Source: Macrostomum lignano (Eukaryota). From it: DNA of 64,000 nucleotides. Of this stretch, positions 50,612 through 61,655 are shown in pieces. Every line of letters begins with the position of its first letter. Position 1 is the first letter of the stretch. A program made the translations under genes and the position numbers. The stretch is from assembly GCA_002269645.1 (NCBI GenBank), contig NIVC01001522.1, positions 210,247 to 274,246 of the forward strand, given 5' to 3'. Below the pieces are notes generated by a model. It was not told the DNA's origin, did not search any database, and saw nothing but the letters and a program-made list of their open reading frames with translations.

Positions 50612-52140
50612 CTAGTTGCTTCGGTCGAGACTTTCTTTCGATAGTAGCTGCTGCACTACGACTGGATTCCGACTCCCGATTATCAGGCAGAGCCTTTCGG
50701 ATGGTGCTATTTTCCTGTGATTCTTCTGTTGAGTTGATTCAGTGTGTTGATTGCTTGGCTGATTTGAGGTGTCCTGGTCGGCTGTACTTGCCGCCGGTCT
50801 ATTGTTTTCAGAGTTAGTATCCTGGTTGGCTATACTGACCGCCGGTTTACTGGTTTTTACTTCTGCCTGGTCGGCTGTACTGGCCGCCGGGTTACTGGTA
50901 TTTTCTTTTTTTAGCCTGGCTGGCCGCACTGGCCGCCGGCCCACATTGCTGATTTTGACTTTGTTGCTGGTTGCTCATGTTGCCTGTTGGCTGCAGATCT
51001 AGTTGGTGCCTCGTGTCCTGATTGCTTGGCTGTTGCTTGATGTCCTGTTTGCCTGGTTGCTTTGCTGTTTGATCTTGACTGCGTGACTTCCTATCCACTT
51101 GGTCCTGGTTGCTTTTGCTTGCAGAGTTTTGCCTGACTCTCTCCAGATTGACTGCCTCCTCTTCTGCCCTGCGTTTGACAGTCCTCATCGTCTAGGTCAC
51201 AAGTGATGGATATCGCGTTTTGGGTGAACCTGACGCACGGGTTGGGCGGCAGAGCGTCGTCAGCGGCAGAAATTCTATTGTCCTTGGTAAGGCGGAACGT
51301 AAGATTTATCCTCATCTCTTTGCAATTTGGATCCCTTGGCACTGAGTGCTGCAGAAGGCGCTGGGTGGCACCACTCATTACCAGGAGGCTGCCATTGCCA
51401 AGCTTTTGTGAGTACATGATGTTCGCCGGTGATGATTTGGAGCGAACCTGGAAGTCACGAGCGGCTCCTAGAGATAGAGAGGCAATTACCGGGTCTTCGC
51501 CGAGCTCTGTTTCATCGTCAGAATGCCAAGGTATTCCAATAGTGCCGTCCTTGTAAAAGTTTATTAAACATGAGTTGAAAAGTGGCAGCCTGAATTCTAA
51601 ATGCAGCCAAGTCACAAGACGAGCTATGATAGGGTGCCAGTTGTCATTAGCTTCGATTCTAGTACCTCCGTAGCAGTAACTGGGCCCGAACCATGCGATT
51701 TGACAGGCCTCAGGTTTTCCGTTAGTGCAGTGGTGGAATGCGCTAGGTGCAATTTCTTTCATTATTGCCTTGTAGAGAGCTGTCTCGGAGCCGTTTAGAG
51801 CATTGGGTGCATAGGTAATGTTGCAATTTTGCAGTAAGTTAACTGTTTTCTCGTTGCTTCTGTTTGGCCTAGGAATGCTAAGGAGTGCCATATCAGTCGC
51901 ATCATATTTCAGGTCAGGATACGCTGTTTGAGGCTGCTTGCCAGCAGAGCGGCCATCTGCAGACCTTGGAGAGGATTCAGGCAAGAATGTTCTTCTTGCC
52001 GGTGTAGCTCTGCTGTCTTCAGGTCCTGCTGAGGCTCGAGTATTGGGCTTTTTGGTTGAAGCGACCACCGGCGACGAAGTGTCTCGAGCTGGCCTCTTTC
52101 CGTTGTCAGTGACTTCCATTTCTTCTTTAATTGTGCTCAT
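50612..52140 (-). CDS. Second, diverged AlkB-ORF1 (5' part of a related LINE), truncated after the linker
   Basis: WHSDDE, ASLSLGAARDF, LLQH, RINLTFR. Flanks are homologous to 41598-42657 (NCNI/VxY.PNAL, NPCV...CDLDDE). Frameshift at ~51190, then a Q/S/K-rich linker; no gag or RT follows. Confidence 0.88.
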
Positions 52141-53317
52141 GACAATGCTGAGTAAGTTTACTAATTAATATAATGCTATTAGAGGTAGAGAGTCAAAGTA
52201 AAACTATGAGTCAGTTCAGCAATGTAAAACGGAATGCAGAACTTGTAAAACTAGGGCAGTTCAATATAAAAATGTAAAACAGTTAATAAATGGAGCAGTT
52301 CAAATGAATTGGTAGATAGTGGCAGTTCAAAGCAGTTGTCAGAGCAGTTAAATACGTCCACAAGCCTCACACGCACTGTCTCGATTGAAAGAAAAGAAAG
52401 TGAAAGAAACCCGGGAAATTGTAAATAAATTAATATAAATCAGTTAAATTTTTAGATATAAAGAGTGAAGAATAGCGAAAAACCTGTAACTAAGTATTTA
52501 ACGAAAAGTAGGCAGAATGAGAATTAATCTTAAATTAAAGAAATCAGATCGAAAATGAATTAATTAAATTTTAAAGTTGTTTAAAAAATACTGCAAAAGC
52601 GAACAGCAAGAGAAACTTGCAAAAACGATCTAAAATAAACTAATTAAGAAAAATTTGGGCAGGGGTTTCCCCAAGCCAAAGCCAAAAATTTTCACAAAAA
52701 GAGCTAAATAACTGAAAAATAACTAGCTAGCTAACAGGACAGCGCGTCCTAGACCCAACCCTTAAAGAGGAACCCTAAGTGCTAAAGAGCCCGAAAATAA
52801 ACAAAAAAGAGAGCAAAAAGAAGGGGAGAGGGAGTCTCAGGGCAGGCGAGACTGGGACAGCAAACTAGCTAAAGAATTTAGTCCCTAAGACATTCTATGG
52901 GCCAAGGAAATGAGAAGAAAATTAAAATTTAAACGAAATAGAAAATAAAGATGAAATTTACAGTCGACTTACTTTCAGTAGATTTGAAGCGTTTTCGTAC
53001 AGAACTCAGACCGACCGGGACGATGGCAGTGCGCGCAAGGCTTGGGGGAGGGAGCTAGAGCTTTTTGAAGCAAGAAAATGTTTATTTATTTATAGTTTTG
53101 CTACTGGCGCTACACGTTATAAAAAGTTTATTTCAAGGCATTAATCGCGCCCAATGATTCACCTGGAGCGTCAGGGCAGCGGAGCCAGGTAAAGCGTAAT
53201 TATTCCCTCAACACTTGGGATTATGGGCTTGGCTGAGAACTTTAGTGACCGCAAGGCTTAATTTTATTTGATTAGGGATTAGTAAAAGTCTTGAAATATT
53301 TTCTGCATTTTTCGCTC

Positions 53318-53482
53318 TTGCAATAAAAAATCGGGTCCGTTGCATATCCACGGCATGCTACTAATGTCAGTAGGTGAAATTGCGTGTTTTGCCCTAAATT
53401 ATAATTAATTTACGAAAAGTAATATTTTAAATCGAAAAAAGGGGTATTTGATAAATTATAATACAGAATACGTATCTTCAGA
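53318..53482 (+). repeat. Dispersed ~160-bp repeat, second copy at 55845-56001
   Basis: aaaaatcgggtcc...gcatgctact...ggggtatttgat...tcttcagat occurs at both sites. Confidence 0.75.
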
Positions 53483-56319
53483 TTAGAATACATTTTTAAA
53501 AAATAATTAGGGATTAAATTTGATTATTTGGAATAACTATTAACTGAGTCTATATAACTGTGTCTCTATATAACTAAGTCTCTATATAACTTATTCTATG
53601 TAATTGAATCTCTATACAACTGAATCTGTATCTACTTACAAATGAAATTACAGAATCCTTAGTGAAGCTCTCCTATTGATTGCCGCCCCCGCTCCTGGCT
53701 TGTTGAATTGTAAGGATCACTGGCCAATTATAAGTGTTTTCACGGCCTCAAAAACCGTTTTTGGAGCCTAAAAAACCGTTCCTATAAGCCTCACGGGTAG
53801 TCGAGTCTTCATCAGCCTTGTATTTTACAAATATATAATGTTCTTATGATGTCTAGTGAGTTAATTAACATTTAGAGAGGATCTAATTACGATTTCAGTG
53901 CATTTCTTTTACATATCGAAAACAAGCCGAAAGTTAACAAGCCGCAACATAATGTTTTACGCCTTCACACCTGCATGCAGCTGAAATGTATCAATAGTAG
54001 AGCTAACAAAAAAGGGGGAAGAATTCGAACCCCCCACTGGGCATGCAGATCAGCTAGGCACTCATTGTTGGCCGGTTTGTGCTATTTTTAGAATCAGTCG
54101 AGTTGAGACTCCACAGGTGCGCCTGCGGCTGTTGCTGAGGCCAGCTCCGGGATTTTCGATCCGATTCGAAAGCTCGACTTCAAAGGTTGAGACCGGTGAG
54201 GCCGGAATATACGCGTTGTTCACTGGGGCCTTTGAGTTTGTGCTCTCACTTTCTTAAGATAGATGTCTAGCGGTCTAAGGTTCGTACAGCTCTAATTTCT
54301 CCGATCAGGCCGTAAGAGAAAACCGTATAAACTGACGGGATCTGCTAGTATCTAAGCTGAGTTTGAGTCTCTCTCGGATTTGATCTGCGCGACAATTAAG
54401 ACAAATAATTATATTGAAGACTTGGATTTGTGCCAACTGGATAATCCAGAGACTGATTCAATGGAGCAATTCGAGATCAAAAACTGCGCAGAAAAAAACG
54501 AAGCGCCGCTCCAGTTTGAGATGAGCGTCTATTTATACCAATTAGCATTTTTGGCCTCCCCGCCGCCGGTGGGGTGTCTTCGCGTTGTTAGCAACGGCGG
54601 GGGGGTTGAGCAATAACAATCTGGGACACAGTCCCCTAGTTGTACATGAATTTAGTTAGTTCTAGTAGGTTGCAGGTTGCTAAGTGTGAGGGTTAGAGAT
54701 TATTCGGGCTTTCGCAAATCTATGTGTTGAGTTGGATAAAATTTAGGATAGAAAGATTATAGAAAAGTACTTAGTTTTCCGTCTCTTGACTCTGTCCATT
54801 GATGATTAAACAGTCCTTTGTTTCTCTCGGTTGTCAGGCAGCTTGGGGTTGATCTCGCCCTCTTGGGCCACTTCAGATTGGATAGGAGTCTGTAGGTGGG
54901 CCTCACTTTTCTCCCTCAGGGTGCGCCAGAAGATGCCGCGTGCCGCGTTGTTCTCTAAGCTGGGCCACTTCTCTCAGCCAGTTTAATCGGCATGGTTCCT
55001 GCGGCGGGGTGTCGTGGCTGACTGGAATGGGAAGGGGCTTAATTGGATTCGAGATTCAATTTGATTGACAGCTGTGTAATTATCTTAGAGCTGTTTCTAT
55101 TTGCTGTTCTCTTACTAACTAAAGGTTCCATTGTGCTTTTCTGCCTCGCCCTTCACTGCGTCTGGACTTTTCATAAATTTCTATCTATCTTCTTTCTGAG
55201 AGCAAAACTTCAGATTTCTAACTCTTATACGGAGAGGCCGATGGCTGCAGCCGGAGACAGCTGCTGTCCGTTGCCAAGTGGTTTCCTAGCGAGCGGTTTT
55301 CGAGCGGGAATTCGCGGTCGCCTCTCGGCCAGCCTAGGTGGCTCCGGTTGATGGAGCGACAGGGATTCGGGTTGCATGCCGGAGTTTGGCAGGTTTCTGT
55401 TGCTGCGCGACCTGTCTCCGTTCTCCAGCTATCTATCTATCTGGGGGGGAGGGGTTTCTGCTTTGCAAATAGAAACAAAAATGGTCGGTACGTTTGTTTG
55501 TCTGTTATAAAGTAAATCTAAACCTAATCTATTTTCTAATTGTATTTACAAGGGTGAAAATTTTACTGTTTGTAGAAAGCATGACAGCATTACATTGCCT
55601 GTCAAGGCTTGTCATTTTGACGGGGGTACCACTGACAGAATTGATTTCGGGATGCCACTTAATTTTGATGGATCTCAATGCGATTTGATTTCCCGTACTC
55701 TGAAATAGACGCAGAAGCGATCCCCATTAAAATCCAGGTCAATATGTAAGCCTGTGGCGTCCAGAATGTCGCTAACTTGTAGTGTAACTCTCCTATGTTG
55801 CTGCTCAAATCTATGGGCATCTATGATTTTTTGTTCTTGCATAAAAAATCGGGTCCTTGGCATACCCTTAGCATGCTACTGTGGTCAGTAGGTGAGTTTG
55901 CGTGTTTGCCCCTAAATTATAATTAATATAGAAAAAATTCATATTTTAAAGCCAAAAAGGGGTATTTGATTAATTATAATACAGACTACAGATCTTCAGA
56001 TAATCAAGGCGGCACTTCGGTCACATGAGGAGGCAATATTCAAAAGTTTATTTTGAGGCATTTGTCGCGAAATTCTGTTTTATCCTCAATCATTATTTGT
56101 GGGGATTCCTGATCAACAACGAGGCCCCTCACAAAAGTGTGCAAAAACCCTCTTAAAAGCGTGCGATTCTCCTCTTATAAGCGTGCGATTCCCCTCCTAT
56201 AAAGGTGTGAAGCCCATTTACAAGCGTGCGAGGCACCTCTCAAAGATGTGCAAAGCCCCATAAAAGCCCCATCTTCAAACCGGCCCTCATCCTTAATCAG
56301 AATTTTCTGGTGGTTTCTG

Positions 56320-56321
56320 CC

Positions 56322-56360
<39 letters not shown>

Positions 56361-56755
56361 CATATATCCATATATCTATCTAGAGGCCACGAGAACGGTA
56401 TTTGAGGCCCTGAGTACTGTTTTTGAGGCCGTTAGAGCGGCTGAAACTAAAAACAGAAAAGTGAGCTCTATAACCCTGAGAACGGATTTTGAGGCCCTGA
56501 GAACGGTACTTAAGGCCGTTAGAGCGGCTGAAACTAAAAACAGAAAAGTGAGCTCCATAACCCTGGGAACGGTTTTTGAAGCCTTGAGAACGGTATTTAA
56601 GGCCCTGAGTACGGTTTTTGAGGCCGTTAGAGCGGCTGAAACTAAAAACAGAAAAGTGAGCTTCATAACCCTGAGAACGGTATTTGAGGCCCTGAGAACG
56701 GTATTTGAGGCCGTTAGAGCGGCTCAAACTAAATACAGAAAATTGAGCTCCATAA
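56320..56755. repeat. (TATC)n microsatellite followed by a higher-order minisatellite
   Basis: (TATC)n at 56320-56380; then ~21-bp subunits (gagaacggtatttgaggccct) within larger units containing gcggctgaaactaaaaacagaaaagtgagc. Confidence 0.9.
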
Positions 56756-57380
56756 CAATAAATTTCCAATTCTCTTTGAAACAACAAGTCAAGTAAAAGA
56801 CTGATCAATGTCATCACCAGGATTTGGTCGAATATTGATTGTATCCGTGGCCAACCTGTTCCGACTTATTGAATTGAATAAGATTTATTGTTGCCACGTG
56901 TTGTTGCCTTTACCTTCCTTTATCTCACACATGAAACTTATCTATCTGTTTTACATGATAGGAAGCAATTATTTACATTACATTATTTACATTACATTAC
57001 ATTTTACATTACATTATTTACATAAGAAGCAAAATTTCAAAACAAAAAAATACAAAAACTGGAGAATTGTCGAGCCTGAAGGCATAAAACATGCAACATG
57101 AAAATCAAGTTTAAAACATGAATTATAAAACAAGAATGTAGAAAACCGTCCGCATAAGTAGTGAATAAAAAGTCTACTAAAAATACAGTCTAACCTAAGC
57201 ATTAAGTCTATGTACATCTGCAAACCTACTATTTAAAAATATACAGGCGCAAGAGCCAATCTTTAAAACGGCTGACGCGCGGCCAGGGAGTGTTGGCTTG
57301 ACACTCCCTCGGCATACTTATTAAGGAACGAAGTGAATAAAAAGTCTAGTTGAAGAAATTATAAATGTAGTTCACCACAT

Positions 57381-57845
57381 TCAACGTAAAAAAATCTGCG
57401 GCTGCTGGGCTCTGCATGCGTCCTCTTCTTTCCTTGCTAAAATTCTTCTTATTACCAACATAAATATCTTGATAATAGCCCAGAAAGCTACTTCGGCAAT
57501 CAGAACATAAATGTTGGCATCAAGCTCGAAATGCATTTGGCCGTTACGTTTAGTCGTTAAGTTCACACGAAATAGAGGGTCGTGACCTGTCATATTCGTA
57601 AAGTTAAACACGAATAAGAACGCAGAACATGTCACATAATTTTTTAAAAATAGAAATGCTTCCTCTTCTAGGCTAGGTTAATTATAAAAAGAAGGAATAA
57701 GATCCAATACAGTCTCTTCTGATAATATACAATTTTGTACTAATGCCTCTTTTTAACAAAAATTAAAGAAGTATATAATAAATACTTACCTATACTCGGT
57801 GAAGACGCTAGAGATGAAAATGTACAGCAGAAAATAGCCGCGCAT
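57381..57845 (-). CDS. Two-exon 115-aa orphan type I membrane glycoprotein
   Basis: complement(join(57381..57672,57790..57845)); GT-AG phase-2 intron. Signal-peptide-like N-terminus; NFT/NMT/NLT sequons; TM helix followed by RRILARK; (TA)n TATA-like tract ~90 bp upstream. Confidence 0.6.
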
Positions 57846-58094
57846 GCTTTGTTTTTTAGTCTGGGAATGTCTGGGAATAAAGAATGTTCCGAGTGACTAT
57901 GCTGAGTGCAGAGGTCTTGAGTTTTCTGCGAGTATATATATATATATATACCGGTCTGCAGCAGCCGCGCCCACCAGTGAGCAGGCCGCGCCGCTTGGCA
58001 ACGGAGCTGAAGCAAGAGTTTCGGCCCCGGCGACTCTTAACACCTGTGTACATATGATGACTAGCTTGATCTCAACCCGCTCAAAAATCAACAG

Positions 58095-58890
58095 AGTCTC
58101 TATATAACAGTCTCTATATAACTGAGTCTCTATATAACTGAGTCTCTATATAACTGAGTCTCTATATAACTGAGTCTCTATATAACTGAGTCTCTATATA
58201 ACTGAGTCTCTATATAACTGAGTCTCTATATAACTGAGTCTCTATATAACTGAGTCTCTATTTAATTGAGTCTCTATAGACTTAGGAATAAACTTTGTAG
58301 AATTCTTTGGAAAGCTCTCCTATTAGTTGCCGTCCCCTGCTTCTGGTTTGTTGTATATTAAAAAAACGCTGAATAATATCTACTCATCATTTCGGCAAAA
58401 GTGGGGTTTACTTAAGCCGCACAAAAGAGCTGTAAGCATTGCGCAATGTGGTTGTATTTTGTAGTTATTTCTGGTGGCTCTGTGGGGAGCAGATGAGCAA
58501 TTGCACTCAACTCAACAAGTGGGAATTATGGATGTGGTGGCCACGTAGAATGCAGAATGGGGATGGTACTCAGCACGTGGGAATTAGAGATGTTCATTTT
58601 CATAATCCTAAATCAAAGCATATTTATTGTACAAGCCTCAAAGGTGCAAAAATAAACCCTAACCTCGGCGTCTGTATTTGAGTGTTTACTTTCGCCTTTT
58701 AGTCTTTACTTTAACCTATTTTACTTTTTTGATCATTTATACCCCACTCAAGCTTTAATCCTCAATGTTGTCATTGGCTCCATACCTAAGTCTATAGGGA
58801 CTCAGTTATATAGAGACTCAGTTATATAGAGACTCAGTTATATAGAGATTCAGTTACATAGAAGAAGTTATATAGAAGAGAGACTCGGTT
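58095..58890. repeat. 16-bp minisatellite arrays in inverted orientation flanking ~500 bp
   Basis: agtctctatataactg x~11 at 58095-58279; reverse-complement array at ~58797-58890 with shared ctatagacttagg/cctaagtctatag junctions; related degenerate array at 53548-53630. Confidence 0.85.
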
Positions 58891-59242
58891 CAAACTGATT
58901 CAATTAGTTTCTCATAGCAGTCAACTAAACATGTTCAAATAAAACAAAGCCGCCTTTAACACTTAATTATTTTCAGTACAATTTCCATGAGTTGCGCAGC
59001 TCAACTCACGAGGTAGCCAGCTCGCTCACACTTAGTGTTACATGTGGTCTAGATCTATACCCAAGGCTACTTTCCCTATTCTGTTTCTACTCCAAGAAAT
59101 CCGAATTATGTAAATATCCTCAATCATAACTTGTGGGGATTTCTGATGAACAAACGCCAGCCAATATCAACAGTGCGTACTAGCCCTTGGAGTGTTGTCA
59201 GTTAAGCTCCAAGCCAAACATTGGCTACACAAAACTTTCAAA

Positions 59243-60985
59243 ATGAAAATGGAGTAAACACAGACAAGTTCAGATTACTGGATAAATGACTAAGAAAGTT
59301 TGTGCTGCTTTTCATGAGTGTGAAAACGATAAGTCGCAGATAACGTTGAGAGGGTTGGCCGTGGGAGTTCAATTAGCGTCGCGAGATCACGCCACAAGGT
59401 CCAGAGCCCACTCACCCAGCCGATTTAGTCTGGAAGCGAAGAGATTGCAGACAGGGGAGGGAGGGGTATCTGCATTCTGATTGGCTGTTTAGTGCGTGGG
59501 TTGACTGCTGTGATTGGGTGTCGGCTTGACTTTTTAAGTCAAAATTTATTGCAAATTGTGATTTTTAACCTGCTATTTCTACTGAAGTATTTTGCACTGC
59601 AAAACTTTTAGAAGCTCTTTCTATTTTCTAAGTTTTGTTTATACTTTGTTAAAACTGAACAACTTAGCAACAATGGCGTCTACAATCACCAAGAAGATTA
59701 GGATTAAAATCTCCGGCCTGAACTGGGCTACATGAATACAGCGGTTACTGGCCTTGTGACCGAGTTGAAGGAGACCAGGTCCTACATGAAGAACGATGTT
59801 CGTGGCGAAGTTTTTTCATTCGTCTTGGTGGACGACTCGGCTGAGATGAGAGTCAGTCAGATGAGAGAAAGTTTGTAATACTTCCGATGCTGTTCGCGTA
59901 GCCGGCGGTATGGTAAAGACTTCGGATCCGAGATACTGGTACAACTGAACGAACAATCCTATGGAGGTATCTCTTTCAGTTGACTCCAAGGGATCAATAT
60001 ATCGAAGCAATGAAGTTCCGACTGTTATTGAACGGGCGTGTAACTATACTGAAATAAGCGACCTTCAAAACGTACGCCTGCAAGGGTGAGTTGCATTGTA
60101 TCTGTCTACTTGTATGTATTGTATAGACAGACAGTATACAATATTATTATATGTACAATAGACATAATAGTATAGACAATGTGAATTGTATATGCAATCG
60201 TGTAGCACTGTAGTGTATGTTCGGCTTTTATAAATTATTTTGACTAGATTAGCAATCCAATCTATGCCTTCATCCCTTTATGTTGGCTAGTCTAGCAGTC
60301 CATTATATTCATTCGACCATTGATGTAGGTAGGATTCAAATGAACTTCAAAAAGCGTTTTAAGGTTTTAAAATACTTTTCAAATTGTCCCCTCTTCATTG
60401 CCTTTTATTAGAAATGTTGATGTCCTTGGAGCAATCGACACACTGCAGCAGTCCGAGAAAGTCATGACGAAGGCTGGGAAGCGAATAAACGTAGCTAAAG
60501 TGACTCTTGTTGACCAGTCCTGTCGTTCTGTCTCCTGCACGTTTTGGGGGTCGTCCTCCGATCAAGCTGTCAATTGGAGTGTCGGCGACATTTTGTCGAT
60601 ACGACGAGCAAAAGTACAGGAGTACGCCGGCGCTGTTGTACTTGGATGTACTTGCTCTGAAGTTCGGCTCAACTCGGACGACACCGAGGTTACGACTTTG
60701 ACTGACTGGTACACGAATGCTAAGCAGAGCGATACTGAGTTTCAACCTCTGGGTGCTCCGTGTCCATCAGGCGCGGTTGGCGGCTCTTCTGACCAAAGGG
60801 GAAACAACAGGCGAGTTTTTATGCAACTACCGGTTTCGCACGAATCCTTCCGGGATGTATACGAAATTGTCTTGGACTTTGGAGAAGGAATAAAGGTGCG
60901 CGTGTTCATTGTATATGTAACTTATTTAATGTTTAGTATCTTTCTTCTGTAGTACAGATCTATGCACTCTAACTTACTACAGTAT
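59243..60985 (+). pseudogene. Pseudogenised duplicate of the RPA70-like gene and its promoter (Helitron fragment)
   Basis: Homologous to ~5568-7340; ATG at 59673; exon 1 has frameshifts and deletions; the exon-2 donor is GC instead of GT; cut by LTR copy 3. Confidence 0.9.
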
Positions 60986-61655
60986 TGTGCTAGCCCTTAT
61001 GGTTCCTACTGAAATTATCTCACCAAGTTGCTGCAGTTCTTTAGTTCTAACTTCTCTATCCTATAAATTGTCACTAATATATCTACTTTGAGTAGCGTTG
61101 GCAGCCCTACTCTATGACTCTTTCCTAGAGATTTCTAATTTCACACGGTTTCCTAGAACCCTTGTAATAGCGTGTAGTGCCCGAGCGGTAAGACACTGTC
61201 TAATTCCCTAATTCAGTTCGAAAGTCTAGCGTTTTCCGAGGATCAAGGGTGTCCAGCAGTAGCCAATCTATTCCCCTAATGCCTAATCCCTCAACACCTA
61301 ATGTCTATTATAAGCCTGTACGGTTTTCTTAGGATCTGTACGATCTCGATCTCCCTACTCCGGTTTCTATTCTTGGGTCTCCACGACCTCAAGTTTCCTA
61401 TTCAGATCCTTAATCTTGGGTCTCCACGACCTCAAGTTTCCTAACCAGATCCCTAGTTCTGGTCTCCACAACCTCAAGTTTCCTAACCTGATCCCTAGTT
61501 CTGGTCTCCACGACCTCAAGTTTCCCTATTAGGATCCCTAGTTCTTGGTCTCCACGACCTCAAGTTTCCTTATACAGTAAATAAATTTTAAGGTTGAACT
61601 TCAATTACTAAAAGTTTCTCACAAAAGCGATTGCCAAACAAGCAGAGAAGGTTGT
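60986..61655 (-). mobile_element. Solo LTR family A copy 3, interrupted by a LINE
   Basis: Starts TGTGCTAG after GTAT, has 5 subrepeats, and its homology ends at the LINE tail. Confidence 0.75.

Noticed and set aside
54005-54065. Minus-strand B box (GGTTCGAATTC) plus T-run
   Set aside because: No convincing A box or tRNA fold, and single copy in the window.
54380-55450. GC-richer stretch with short ORFs, possibly a retroelement 5' region; contains a weak X-box variant at 54584-54595
   Set aside because: No recognisable motif in any frame and multiple stops; cannot be assigned.
56248-56817. 182-aa and 145-aa ORFs
   Set aside because: Derived from the (TATC)n and higher-order minisatellite.
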